Counted from the first letter of the stretch, positions 9,312 through 19,295 are shown. The stretch is 64,000 bases of DNA from Methanobacteriota archaeon (GCA_002687935.1 NZBN01000007.1:5030-69029); one strand, 5' to 3'. The notes: generated from the letters alone by a model not told the origin. A program made the numbers and translations.

Positions 9312-11204
9312 TTATAACCTTTCTTCTATTTCCTTTCCAATTTTCTTAATAAAACTCTCAGCCTTTACACCAAACTTGACCTTTCCATCTCTCGTTCTGA
9401 TGGCAAGCGTTCCCTTTTCAACTTCCTTGTCTCCAATAGTTATTATATAGGGGACTTTCTCAAGTGTGGCATCTCTGACTTTCGCCTCAACACGCTCAGC
9501 TCGTGAATCCATCTCAAATCGGATTCCATTTTCCATCATCATTCCGGAAATCATCTCTGCATATTTATTGTGCCTGTCTGCAACCGTTATTATTTTAGCC
9601 TGAACTGGGGAAAGCCACACAGGGAATGCCCCTCCAAAGTGCTCTATCAATACAGCCATAAAACGTTCCATACTTCCAAGTATTGCAAGATGTATCATCA
9701 CCGGTCTGTGCGGACTGTTATCTTCTCCAATATACTCAAGCCCGAAGCGTTCCGGCATCTGGAAGTCAAGCTGTATAGTTCCTGTTTGCCACTCTCTTCC
9801 AAGAGAATCTCTCATCACAAAATCAATCTTTGGTCCATAGAATGCACCGTCACCTGGATTAAGAGAGAAAGGAACTTTGGTTTTCTTAAGAACATTAGTC
9901 AAGGCCTTTTCAGCCCTTTCCCAAAGCTCGTCTGAACCCATAGACTTCTCAGGTTTTGTCGATAGACGTATTGTGTATTCAAATCCAAATGTTTTGTATA
10001 CAGTTTCCACAAGCTCGAGAATTCCCTTTATTTCTGACTCAATTTGTTCAGGTGTTACATATGTATGATTATCGTCCTGTGTAAATGCGCGGACCCGCAT
10101 AAGTCCGTGAAGAACGCCAGAAAGTTCGTGTCTGTGAACATGTCCGAATTCAGAAAGTCTCAAAGGAAGTTCACGGTAACTCCTCGGTCGCGAAGCATAT
10201 ATCTTCGTATTTCCTGGGCAGTTCATCGGCTTTACAGCGTACTCGTTTTCATCAACTTCTGTCAGATACATATTTTCCTTATAGTGGTCCCAGTGACCTG
10301 ACTGGTGCCACAATTTATTATCCAGTATTTGCGGAGTCCTTACTTCATGGTACCTCTGCTTCAATTTTTCCTCAAGAAGGAATTTCTCAAGCTCTCTGTA
10401 TATTACCATCCCCTTTGGATGGAAGAATGGAAATCCAGGACCTTCTTCGTGGAAGGAAAACAAGTCCAGACTCTGCCCAAGTTTTCTATGGTCTCTTTTC
10501 TCAGCCTCTTCCTGCAGTTTTAGATACGTTTTCAACTGTTTTGTCTCTGGAAAACTGATTCCATAGAGTCTCTGCAACATGGCATTCTTGGAATCTCCCC
10601 TCCAATATGCCCCTGCCACCTTTGTCAGTTTAAATGCTTTCAACATCCCTGTTCTCGGAACATGACCGCCCCTGCAGAGGTCCATAAATTCTCCTTGTTT
10701 GTAAAATTGTATCTTATTCCCTGAAATTTCCTTCAAAATTTCCAATTTGTAGTTATTTCCCTTGAAAAATTCCTCAGCCTTCTTTCTTGTGAGAATTACA
10801 CGCTCGACTTCAAGGTCTTCCTTTACAATTTTCTGCATTTCCTGCTCTATAGCTTCGAAATCGCCTTCCGAAAAAGCGTATTTTGAATCAAAATCGTAGT
10901 AAAAGCCGTTTTCAACTGCAGGTCCTATTGTATTCCTAACATTTTTATGCAATCTTTGTATTGCCTGCATCATGAGGTGAGCTGTCGAATGCCAGAAAGC
11001 TTCCCTTCCTTCCGGTGAATCAAAAGTGAAAAAAACAACTGAAGCGGATTTCTCTATTGGCTCAAAAAGGTCCCCCATTTCTCCGTCAAGTGAACCAACA
11101 ATAGCAGCCTTCCCAAGCCTCGGTCCTATTGAGTAGGCAAGCTCTCCAAGTGTAGTTCCTTTCTTTGTTTCTTTCTTCGAGCCGTCGGGCAGGCGTATCT
11201 TCAT
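9312..11204 (-). CDS. thrS: Threonyl-tRNA synthetase of bacterial architecture (TGS + N2 editing + class II core + anticodon-binding).
   Basis: N-terminal TGS domain, HSTAHLM editing-domain motif, and class II motifs. Confidence 0.85.
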   Translation of the reverse strand: MKIRLPDGSKKETKKGTTLGELAYSIGPRLGKAAIVGSLDGEMGDLFEPIEKSASVVFFTFDSPEGREAFWHSTAHLMMQAIQRLHKNVRNTIGPAVENGFYYDFDSKYAFSEGDFEAIEQEMQKIVKEDLEVERVILTRKKAEEFFKGNNYKLEILKEISGNKIQFYKQGEFMDLCRGGHVPRTGMLKAFKLTKVAGAYWRGDSKNAMLQRLYGISFPETKQLKTYLKLQEEAEKRDHRKLGQSLDLFSFHEEGPGFPFFHPKGMVIYRELEKFLLEEKLKQRYHEVRTPQILDNKLWHQSGHWDHYKENMYLTEVDENEYAVKPMNCPGNTKIYASRPRSYRELPLRLSEFGHVHRHELSGVLHGLMRVRAFTQDDNHTYVTPEQIESEIKGILELVETVYKTFGFEYTIRLSTKPEKSMGSDELWERAEKALTNVLKKTKVPFSLNPGDGAFYGPKIDFVMRDSLGREWQTGTIQLDFQMPERFGLEYIGEDNSPHRPVMIHLAILGSMERFMAVLIEHFGGAFPVWLSPVQAKIITVADRHNKYAEMISGMMMENGIRFEMDSRAERVEAKVRDATLEKVPYIITIGDKEVEKGTLAIRTRDGKVKFGVKAESFIKKIGKEIEERL

Positions 11205-11255
11205 ATTTCTATTTCAGTATCTATTGGTTTTTAAGACTTGCTAAACTCCTATCAT

Positions 11256-11756
11256 TTACAGACCCATAAAAGTCCTTCTAATATGGATTAATTCTTCAAA
11301 GTGAACTGGCACTATTTGTTTTCTCAATTTAAAAACAAAACTATCCTTTACCAGCTCAGGTCCTGTGTATTTCCCCTTGAAATTTACCAATTTCCTCCCT
11401 TTAAACCCATACACAAGCACATTTTTGTCAAGATATTCTTCAATATAGTTTATCTGCGGCCATCCCACTACAATATATTCACTTCCTATTGGAAGTTTCT
11501 CTCCGCCTGCATACATCTCCCATCTGGTACCTTTCCATAATTTAGCCATATCTCCTTCCGGCTTTTCTATAAAATTTTCCAATCGCTCTCCCTTCATTTT
11601 ACGCCAAATCCACATCTTGGAAAGCTGTATAAACTCCTCTCCACACATTTTCACGACACCTTTGTGCAGTGATTTTCCTCTCTTAAAAAGTATAAAATCT
11701 CCTTCTTTTGGAAGCCTTTCAGACGAATCTACCCACTTTAGATATTTTTTAGTCAT
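11256..11756 (-). CDS. Hypothetical protein (basic, possibly an ASCH/PUA-like fold).
   Basis: Clean ORF immediately upstream of thrS on the same strand. No recognisable signature. Confidence 0.45.
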   Translation of the reverse strand: MTKKYLKWVDSSERLPKEGDFILFKRGKSLHKGVVKMCGEEFIQLSKMWIWRKMKGERLENFIEKPEGDMAKLWKGTRWEMYAGGEKLPIGSEYIVVGWPQINYIEEYLDKNVLVYGFKGRKLVNFKGKYTGPELVKDSFVFKLRKQIVPVHFEELIHIRRTFMGL

Positions 11757-11845
11757 ATCAACACCTATCTTGTACTTATACAGATTAGTAGATAAGTCAG
11801 TTTAAATTTATTTTTATTCAGTTTTTCTAAAAAGTTCTCTAAGCC

Positions 11846-12679
11846 TTATTTCTTAATCTGCTCTACAAGCTTCTCGAGTCCGCTTTCCTTCCCACCAAGT
11901 CCGCTAGACAGATTTTGTGCCATCTTAGTGAATTCCATCGGGAAGATTAGCTTGCTTGACCTTCCGTCAGCAACTTCCTTGAGTGTCTGCAAATAAAGGT
12001 AGTTAAGGGCTGGTTCGGAAAGTTTTCCTGCAGCTGCTTCAATTGCATTGATTCTTATCTTGGTAGTTTCAGCTTCCTCGGCAGCAGCTTCCTTGTATCT
12101 CTGTGCTATCTGCTGTGCCTCCATAGCTTCAAGGACTGCTTCAGGAGGAATAACGCTGATAAGTTCAACCTCAATTATCTCAATTCCCCAGCCATCTGTC
12201 AGCTCCTGAATTTCATGTTTTAGCTGAGAGTTTATTTTATCTATATTTCCGTAGACGTCTTCGAGATGGTTGTTTCCAACAACGTTTCTTATTCTACCTT
12301 TCAGATGCTCTTCTATAGCCTTTCTATAATCTTCCTCAACTTCGAGCTCGGCCTTTGCCGGATCTGAAACTCTAAGGTACATTATTGCATCTATCAGAAC
12401 CTTTATTCTGTCTTTTGTGATTACTTGCTGAGGAGGTATGTCGATAGATTCCGTCCTCATATCATATTTTACAAAACTCTCTATAATTGGAAGAATAAAG
12501 TTCCAGCCAGGTTTTGCAATTCTGTGATATTTTCCAAATCTGAATACAACAGCCCTTTCATATTCCCTAAACTCAAACAATACATTGTTAAGCACGGAAC
12601 CTCCTGGTGCTGCCATTACAATCAATAATAGTAGAAGTACAATTCCAATTGGTATTCCTATTAACATCCAAGCTGCCAT
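11846..12679 (-). CDS. SPFH/band-7 (stomatin/prohibitin-like) membrane protein.
   Basis: N-terminal TM followed by an SPFH core (PGWNFILPIIE ... coiled coil). Confidence 0.75.
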   Translation of the reverse strand: MAAWMLIGIPIGIVLLLLLIVMAAPGGSVLNNVLFEFREYERAVVFRFGKYHRIAKPGWNFILPIIESFVKYDMRTESIDIPPQQVITKDRIKVLIDAIMYLRVSDPAKAELEVEEDYRKAIEEHLKGRIRNVVGNNHLEDVYGNIDKINSQLKHEIQELTDGWGIEIIEVELISVIPPEAVLEAMEAQQIAQRYKEAAAEEAETTKIRINAIEAAAGKLSEPALNYLYLQTLKEVADGRSSKLIFPMEFTKMAQNLSSGLGGKESGLEKLVEQIKK

Positions 12680-12738
12680 ATTACTCCCTTTTCACTACTC
12701 TCCAGTGAGTAATGTTGTATATAAGTCTTATTCCCCTC

Positions 12739-13566
12739 TCACAACCAGTCAAAAAGACCACTGAGTTTATCTTTCATTTTCTCAAGAAAACCCTTTGCCT
12801 GAGCTTTAGTCTCTTCTTCAGCAGCCTTCTTGGCAAGTTCCTCTACTTTTGTTGAAACCTTATCAGCAATTTCAGTAAGTTTGCTGTTGTCCTGTGTTAC
12901 TTCCTCTGACTGCTTCCATTCTATTGAAAGATTTGAAAATGATTCTTCATCAAGACCGTTGCACACTACGGTTTCTCCTGATACAAGACAGCTATTAGGC
13001 TGGGCATCTGTTATTACTGTTCCTTTTGGAATTGTAAGTGAATAAGATATTGCTCCTATCTTAAGTTCCGAACTTTCTATTACAGTTCTTACTCCGGTTC
13101 CTGTAATATTCCCTATAATGTCTGAGGGCTGTACCCGCAGTTTTCCATCCCCTGCCTTGGAAACTGTTGCACCAGTCTCAAAGGAGACATTCAAAATATA
13201 ATTTGTTTCATAACTTGTCATCTCAAGCCCTTTTCTAAAAATAATTCCTAGCTCAGCAGAGCTAAGTCCTTTATCAAGCTCATAATCACTTGGCATCATA
13301 TTCATTGCCAGTTCTCCATACTGGTCTTTCAGAACAAGATTTCCTATATCTCTCGTTCCGTATTGCATACTGGCTCTTGTAAGCTGTCCTTCGTCGGAAG
13401 CTCCGGCAGAGCATTTAAAATTATATACAATATCTACAAAAAGCCTGTTAGTGTATTCGCTATTTATCCCAATACTCTCTACAGAACAGCGTTCATCAAG
13501 AGCGGCATAAGCCTGTCCTGACAAGACAATTGTGCAAATTAAAATTCCAAAAAAGATTCGCTTCAT
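12739..13566 (-). CDS. Secreted hypothetical protein (signal peptide, C-terminal amphipathic helix).
   Basis: MKRIFFGILICTIVLSGQAYA signal peptide. No known domain. Confidence 0.5.
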   Translation of the reverse strand: MKRIFFGILICTIVLSGQAYAALDERCSVESIGINSEYTNRLFVDIVYNFKCSAGASDEGQLTRASMQYGTRDIGNLVLKDQYGELAMNMMPSDYELDKGLSSAELGIIFRKGLEMTSYETNYILNVSFETGATVSKAGDGKLRVQPSDIIGNITGTGVRTVIESSELKIGAISYSLTIPKGTVITDAQPNSCLVSGETVVCNGLDEESFSNLSIEWKQSEEVTQDNSKLTEIADKVSTKVEELAKKAAEEETKAQAKGFLEKMKDKLSGLFDWL

Positions 13567-13590
13567 AGTTGATTTGTCTCCTTTCTACTA

Positions 13591-13598
13591 TATATAAA
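13591..13598 (-). promoter_or_regulatory. TATA-box candidate for the leaderless secreted-protein gene ending at 13566.
   Basis: TATATAAA lies about 25-32 nt upstream of the start codon. Confidence 0.3.
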
Positions 13599-13616
13599 TT
13601 GACTGCAAGGCAAAAT

Positions 13617-13644
13617 TTAAGACATATTTAGACATTTGTCTTAA
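13617..13644. promoter_or_regulatory. Inverted repeat TTAAGACA-N12-TGTCTTAA in the divergent intergenic region upstream of lrp. It is flanked by AAATTTAAGA(C/T)A direct repeats.
   Basis: Perfect 8-bp arms read directly from the sequence. Candidate Lrp operator. Confidence 0.4.
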
Positions 13645-13697
13645 AATTTAAGATATCTATCTTAAATTTTCTACTTTTGCCTTAATATTTCCAAAGA

Positions 13698-13705
13698 TTT
13701 ATATA
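13698..13705 (+). promoter_or_regulatory. TATA box (TTTATATA) about 27 nt upstream of the lrp ATG, implying a leaderless transcript.
   Basis: Archaeal BRE/TATA spacing relative to the ATG at 13729. Confidence 0.45.
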
Positions 13706-13728
13706 CTATCATAGAGTTTTTAAGAGAT

Positions 13729-14220
13729 ATGACTAAGCTTGACGAGAAGGATTGTATAATCCTCAATATGCTACAGGAAAACTGCAGAGTCTCTCTTACA
13801 GATATGGCAAAGCGAGTAGGTCTTTCTGTTGATTCTGTAAAAAAGAGAGTTAAAAAAATGGAGAACTCCAAAATATTCTATCCTCGCGTTCAAATAAGAC
13901 CGCGTCATCTTGGTTTCGAGAACATTGTAGATGTCAAAATAAAACTTCATAATTACACTTCTGACGAACTAAGCGCTTTCGTAAAGTTCCTGAAAGATAA
14001 TCAACAAGTCCCTGAAGTCTTCCTCGTTTCAGGGGAGTGGGATTTGTCTCTAGTTATTATGGCAAAAAACTCTGAAGACCTTGGGGAGCTTACTGCCTCT
14101 ATCAGAAAGCGCTTCGGAAACATAATTAGGGAATGGTCAGAGTCTCTTACGACAATTGCTCATAAGTTCGAGACCTATGACATGCTCGAGCTGATGGGAC
14201 ACAGGAGTGGAAAAGAATAA
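13729..14220 (+). CDS. lrp: Lrp/AsnC family transcriptional regulator, first gene of the nonulosonic-acid operon.
   Basis: N-terminal HTH (ILNMLQENCRVSLTDMAKRVGLS) plus a RAM domain. Its stop overlaps the next ATG by 1 nt (TAATG). Confidence 0.8.
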   Translation: MTKLDEKDCIILNMLQENCRVSLTDMAKRVGLSVDSVKKRVKKMENSKIFYPRVQIRPRHLGFENIVDVKIKLHNYTSDELSAFVKFLKDNQQVPEVFLVSGEWDLSLVIMAKNSEDLGELTASIRKRFGNIIREWSESLTTIAHKFETYDMLELMGHRSGKE

Positions 14221-15155
14221 TGAAATTAATATTTTTCGGACTTGGTTCAATAGGGGAGAGGCAGGCCAGACTTCTTCAGGATAATTTTGAGCACGAGCTC
14301 TATGCTTTCAGGTCAGGAAAAAATTCTGAGAAAAACAAACTCGGTATTAAAGAAGTTCACACTCTAGAGGAAATTGAAAAAATCAATCCTGATGTCGCCT
14401 TTATCACAAATCCGACTAAGCTTCATATCTCAACAGCTCTTCAGTGTGCAGACCAAGGAATGAGCCTTTTCATAGAGAAACCACTTTCGTCAAGCAAAGA
14501 AGATGTTCAGAAGTTAATGGACACAGCAAATTCAAAGAAACTTTCTCTTTATGTCGCATATTGCATGCGCTTTCATCCTGTAATAAAGTGGCTCAAAGAG
14601 CATCTGAAAAACAACAAGCCTCTACATACAAGCGTTATGGTATCTTCCTATCTTCCAAATTGGAGAGAAGGGATTGACCATCTGACTCACTACAGCGCAA
14701 TAAAAGAGTCTGGTGGTGGAGTTCTCTTAGAGCTTTCACACGAGCTGGACTATCTTTACTATCTCTTCGGAACTCCAACTCTGATTGAAGCAGTTTCATC
14801 AAAAGCTGGAAGTGTAACTACTGACGTTGAAGACTTTGCAGATATACTTCTCAGTTTCAGCGGAAATCTTAATTGCAATTTGCATATGAACTTCCTCAGC
14901 AGGCTGGACAGGCGTGAGATGATTCTTGATTTTGAGGATCACACTGTTGTAGCCAACCTTGCAGAAAGTAAAGTAACAATTCTGTCTGACGGGGAAGCTG
15001 AATTAAAGAAATTCGCCTTTGAAAGAGACGACATGTATCTTGAACAGCTCAATTATTTCTTTGACAATCTCAATAATCCTGAAATTATGAACGGTCCTGA
15101 CGAATCTTCCAAGTTTCTGAACACTTTAATGGAAATAAAGGAGGCTGTAAAATGA
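14220..15155 (+). CDS. Gfo/Idh/MocA-family NAD(P) oxidoreductase (PtmF-like).
   Basis: N-terminal Rossmann fold. Sits in the ptmF-ptmB-ptmA-like order. Confidence 0.7.
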   Translation: MKLIFFGLGSIGERQARLLQDNFEHELYAFRSGKNSEKNKLGIKEVHTLEEIEKINPDVAFITNPTKLHISTALQCADQGMSLFIEKPLSSSKEDVQKLMDTANSKKLSLYVAYCMRFHPVIKWLKEHLKNNKPLHTSVMVSSYLPNWREGIDHLTHYSAIKESGGGVLLELSHELDYLYYLFGTPTLIEAVSSKAGSVTTDVEDFADILLSFSGNLNCNLHMNFLSRLDRREMILDFEDHTVVANLAESKVTILSDGEAELKKFAFERDDMYLEQLNYFFDNLNNPEIMNGPDESSKFLNTLMEIKEAVK

Positions 15156-15859
15156 TACTGCTAACAGTCTGTGCTCGAGGCGGTTCAAAAGGAGTAAAAA
15201 ACAAAAATATCCGTGAGATAGCAGGAAAACCGCTTATTGCCCATACTATAGAAGTCGCAAAAAAATGGGGAAAGGCTGACAGAATTGTCTGCTCTACAGA
15301 TTCTGAAGAAATCGCAAAAGCAGCCAGAGATGCCGGAGCTGAAACGCCTTTTATGAGACCTTCTGAGCTTGCAACAGATGAGGTAAGTAAAATGGATGTC
15401 ATAAGGCACGCTGTGGGGGAGGCTGAAAAACAATACGGGGAACGCTATGACCTAATTGTTGATCTTGATGTAACAAGTCCCGTGAGGACTAGCAAAGATT
15501 TGGATTCATGTCTCAAAATATTCCAGGAAAACGAAGTGGACTCGGTTTTCTCTGTTACAAATGCAAGAAAAAGTCCTTATTTCAATATGGTTGAACTAAA
15601 TTCTGATGGCTACGCACACCTTTCCAAAGAGCCTGTATCTCCAATAGTCAGAAGACAGGATGCACCCGAAGTTTATGATATGAATGCATCAATCTACTTT
15701 TACAAAAGGGAATTTCTGATGAATCCGGAAACAGAATCTCCGATGTCAGAAAAGTCAGCAATTTATGTTATGGATGACATTTCCTCTGCGGAAATAGATT
15801 CCGAACTTGACCTGGCATTTCTCGAATTCCTGATTGAAAAAGGAGAGGTATCATTATGA
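15152..15859 (+). CDS. Acylneuraminate cytidylyltransferase family (CMP-nonulosonic acid synthetase, NeuA/LegF/PtmB-like).
   Basis: GGSKGV P-loop-like motif and the CMP-NeuAc synthetase fold. Confidence 0.8.
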   Translation: MILLTVCARGGSKGVKNKNIREIAGKPLIAHTIEVAKKWGKADRIVCSTDSEEIAKAARDAGAETPFMRPSELATDEVSKMDVIRHAVGEAEKQYGERYDLIVDLDVTSPVRTSKDLDSCLKIFQENEVDSVFSVTNARKSPYFNMVELNSDGYAHLSKEPVSPIVRRQDAPEVYDMNASIYFYKREFLMNPETESPMSEKSAIYVMDDISSAEIDSELDLAFLEFLIEKGEVSL

Positions 15860-16635
15860 CGGATTATATGAAAAAATTCAGCCTTGACGGAAAAACTGCC
15901 GCAGTTTTCGGAGGTCTCGGTCTAATTGGAAGGGAAATAGTAAATTCCCTAAGTCAAGCAGGAGCTAAAGTTCTCTTAATAGATATTGATGAGGAACAAG
16001 GACACAAAACTGCTGAAGAACTTGGTGCAGAGTTCATTGAGCTGGATATAACTGATATAGAAAGCTACGATGAAAAAATTTCTTCTATCTGGAAAAAGCA
16101 GGGACAGGTCGATATTGTTGTCAATACTGCATACCCAAGAACTGAAGACTGGGGCGACAAGTTCGAAGATGTAAAGTCAGAATCATGGCGAAAAAATGTT
16201 GATATGCAGATGAATTCCTACTGTCTTCTCACAATAAAATTTGCCGAGTTAATGAAAGAAAATGAAGTCAAAGGAAGTATAATCAATTTAGGTTCAACTT
16301 ATGGAGTTCTTGGAGCAGACTTTGATGTATACAAAGGAACAGATATGACTTGCCCTCCTGCCTATGCAGCGATAAAAGGGGGAATTATAAATTTCTCGAG
16401 GCACGCAGCTTCCTATTACGGAAAACACGGAATCCGTGTTAATGCTCTCTGCCCTGGAGGAATTTTTGACAATCAAAATCCAGAGTTCGTAAAAGCTTAT
16501 GAAAACAAAACTTCCCTTAAAAGAATGGGAAATCCCGAGGAAATCGCATCAGCCGCAGTTTTCCTTGCATCTGACGCTTCTTCATACATAACAGGAACTG
16601 CCTTCATGGTAGACGGCGGGTGGACTAGCATATGA
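15856..16635 (+). CDS. Short-chain dehydrogenase/reductase (PtmA-like).
   Basis: TGxxxGxG cofactor site and a YxxxK active site (YAAIK). Confidence 0.75.
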   Translation: MTDYMKKFSLDGKTAAVFGGLGLIGREIVNSLSQAGAKVLLIDIDEEQGHKTAEELGAEFIELDITDIESYDEKISSIWKKQGQVDIVVNTAYPRTEDWGDKFEDVKSESWRKNVDMQMNSYCLLTIKFAELMKENEVKGSIINLGSTYGVLGADFDVYKGTDMTCPPAYAAIKGGIINFSRHAASYYGKHGIRVNALCPGGIFDNQNPEFVKAYENKTSLKRMGNPEEIASAAVFLASDASSYITGTAFMVDGGWTSI

Positions 16636-17399
16636 GCAAGAAGGCAAGAGTAATCGCAAGACTTGATGTAAAGGGACCTAATGTAATAAAAGGCGTTCAG
16701 CTTGAGTGCCTCCGAATCGTCGGGAAGCCCGGAGAGATGGCGGAGAAATACTATCTACAGGGAGCAGACGAACTCATTTACGTCGATATAGTTGCCAGCC
16801 TCTACGGTCGTGACAATCTTCTCGATATAGTTAACAAGGCATCTGATAAAATTTTCATTCCCTTCACCGTCGGAGGAGGCGTCAGAACTCTTGAGGATAT
16901 CTGTGAGTTTCTAAAAGCGGGTGCAGATAAAGTTGCAATTAATACAGCAATAACAAAAGATCCCGAACTAGTAAAAAAAGGAGCACGAATGTTTGGTTCT
17001 CAGTGCATAGTCGCTTCAATAGAGGCAAGGAAAATCGGCGAAGGTAAGTGGGAAGCGCTTACTGACAATGGTAGAGAAACAACAAGTCTTGATGTTGTAG
17101 AGTGGGCAAAAAAACTTGAATCCCTCGGAGCCGGCGAAATTCTCCTCACTTCCGTAGATATGGAAGGGACTCAGAAAGGTCTCGATACAGAACTTATCCG
17201 CAGTGTTACTGATGTAGTATCAATCCCAGTAATAGCCTGCGGCGGAGCGGGAAATTCTGATGATGTTCTTGACTGTATCAAAAAAGGAAAAACAGACTCA
17301 ATTGCCGTCTCTTCAATATTACACTTTGACAAAGAAACAATCCCTAAAATAAAATCCACACTGAATAATGGCGGAATTGAGGTGAGGACTCTTGACTGA
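16632..17399 (+). CDS. HisF-like cyclase subunit (WbuZ-like), acetamidino-sugar module.
   Basis: HisF (beta/alpha)8 signatures. Lies within a sugar operon, not a his operon. Confidence 0.75.
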   Translation: MSKKARVIARLDVKGPNVIKGVQLECLRIVGKPGEMAEKYYLQGADELIYVDIVASLYGRDNLLDIVNKASDKIFIPFTVGGGVRTLEDICEFLKAGADKVAINTAITKDPELVKKGARMFGSQCIVASIEARKIGEGKWEALTDNGRETTSLDVVEWAKKLESLGAGEILLTSVDMEGTQKGLDTELIRSVTDVVSIPVIACGGAGNSDDVLDCIKKGKTDSIAVSSILHFDKETIPKIKSTLNNGGIEVRTLD

Positions 17400-18069
17400 A
17401 ACTGATGTAAGTATAATTGACTATGGTCTCAACAATCTGAAAAGTGTTTCCAAAGGTTTTGAAAAGATAGGACGAAGTTCTAAAGTCGTTGATACTCCTG
17501 AAGAAGTCCTTTCTGCAAAATGTTTGGTTCTTCCGGGAATTGGCGCATTCGAAGACGGAATGAATGGTCTGAAGAAGAGAGCTCTCATCAATCCAATCAA
17601 GCAAAAAGTCTCTGAAGGAACTCCGTTGTTTGGTATTTGCCTTGGAATGCAGATGCTCTTCACTGAAAGCGAGGAATTCGGGCTTCACAAAGGTCTGGAC
17701 TTGATAAAAGGCAGAGTTATAGCATTCAAGCCTCCGGGAGAGTTGAATCTTGACTGGTATAAAGTTCCCCACATGGGCTGGAATGAGATAATTACTCCGG
17801 AAGCTTCCGACTGGAAGGGAACTTTCCTTGAAGAAACAAAAGAAGAGACAAATGTATACTTCGTTCACTCATTCTACCCAATCCCTGAGGATAAAGGGCT
17901 GATTCTCGCTAATACTGAACACGGGAAGCAGGTTTTTGCTTCTGTTGTAAAAAAAGGAAGCATTATCGGAACACAGTTTCATCCTGAAAAAAGCGGCGAA
18001 GTCGGTTTGGCAATGCTGAAATCTTTCTGTGATATAAACAATATAGGTAAAGGAGGAACAGAAAAATGA
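17392..18069 (+). CDS. HisH-like class I glutamine amidotransferase (WbuY-like).
   Basis: GICLGMQ catalytic Cys and HPEKS motifs. Confidence 0.8.
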   Translation: MTETDVSIIDYGLNNLKSVSKGFEKIGRSSKVVDTPEEVLSAKCLVLPGIGAFEDGMNGLKKRALINPIKQKVSEGTPLFGICLGMQMLFTESEEFGLHKGLDLIKGRVIAFKPPGELNLDWYKVPHMGWNEIITPEASDWKGTFLEETKEETNVYFVHSFYPIPEDKGLILANTEHGKQVFASVVKKGSIIGTQFHPEKSGEVGLAMLKSFCDINNIGKGGTEK

Positions 18070-19295
18070 GTGAAAAACTGGAGGCATATTTCGGTCTTCC
18101 AAATGAGGTTAAATTCTGTACAAGATGCGTAATTTCTAACCAGCGACCCAATTCTTCAATTGAGTTCAAACATACAAGGGAATCAAAGAAAAAAACAATA
18201 AATTTTGACAGCGAGGGTGTCTGCGATGCCTGCAGACATGCAGAAAACAAATACAACAAAATAGACTGGACGAAACGCGAAGAAGAGCTTTACACACTTC
18301 TTGACAAATACAGAAAAAATGACGGCTCCTATGATGTACTTGTTCCGGGGAGTGGTGGCAAGGACAGTGTCTTCGCATCCCATGTCCTCAAGTACAAATA
18401 CGACATGCATCCACTCACTATAACTTGGGCTCCGCATCTCTACACAAACTATGGCTGGGATAATTTCCAGGGATGGATTCACGAAGGAGGTCTAGACAAT
18501 ATGCTATTCACTCCAAATGGAAAAATCCACAGGCTTCTTACAAGACAGGCTTTCAAAAACTTACTCCACCCTTTCCAGCCTTTTATATTCGGTCAAAAGA
18601 ATCTAGCTCCAAAAATTGCTGAAAAGTTTGACATTCCTCTCATTTTCTACGGTGAGAATGAGGCTGAATACGGAAATCCAATACAGGACACATCAACAGC
18701 GGAAAGAGACTGGAAGTATTTTGCTTCCAATGAGCTCGAAAGCACCTATCTCGGCGGAACAAGTATTCAGGACCTTGTTGAAAAACACGGTGTAACGATG
18801 AATGATTTGGATATCTATATGCCTGCGGATCCTAAGATGGTCGAAAAGAAGCAAATAAAAGTCCACTATCTTGGATACTATCTAAAGTGGATTCCTCAGG
18901 ATAACTACTATTATTCTGTTGAACACACAGGCTTCAAACCGAATGACCAGAGAACTGAAGGTACTTATTCGAAATACAATAGTATAGATGATAAAACTGA
19001 TCCCTACCATTACTGGACTACTCTAATAAAATTCGGAATCGGCAGAACAACGTATGATGCGGCTCAGGAAATAAGAAACAATCATATAAACCGTGATGAG
19101 GGCGTCGCATTGGTCAAGAGATTTGATCAGGAATTTCCAACTCGTTATCTCAAGGACTTCCTAGATTACATCAGCATGACTGAGGAAGAGTTCTGGGAGA
19201 CAGCTGACAAATTCCGGTCTCCTCACATTTGGAAGAAGGAAAACGGTGACTGGAAGCTCAGGCACACAGTTTGGAAGGGAGGTACTGACGACTAG
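18066..19295 (+). CDS. N-acetyl sugar amidotransferase (PseA/WbuX/PtmG family PP-loop enzyme).
   Basis: SGGKDS PP-loop and an N-terminal CxxC...CxxC zinc ribbon. Confidence 0.75.
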   Translation: MSEKLEAYFGLPNEVKFCTRCVISNQRPNSSIEFKHTRESKKKTINFDSEGVCDACRHAENKYNKIDWTKREEELYTLLDKYRKNDGSYDVLVPGSGGKDSVFASHVLKYKYDMHPLTITWAPHLYTNYGWDNFQGWIHEGGLDNMLFTPNGKIHRLLTRQAFKNLLHPFQPFIFGQKNLAPKIAEKFDIPLIFYGENEAEYGNPIQDTSTAERDWKYFASNELESTYLGGTSIQDLVEKHGVTMNDLDIYMPADPKMVEKKQIKVHYLGYYLKWIPQDNYYYSVEHTGFKPNDQRTEGTYSKYNSIDDKTDPYHYWTTLIKFGIGRTTYDAAQEIRNNHINRDEGVALVKRFDQEFPTRYLKDFLDYISMTEEEFWETADKFRSPHIWKKENGDWKLRHTVWKGGTDD

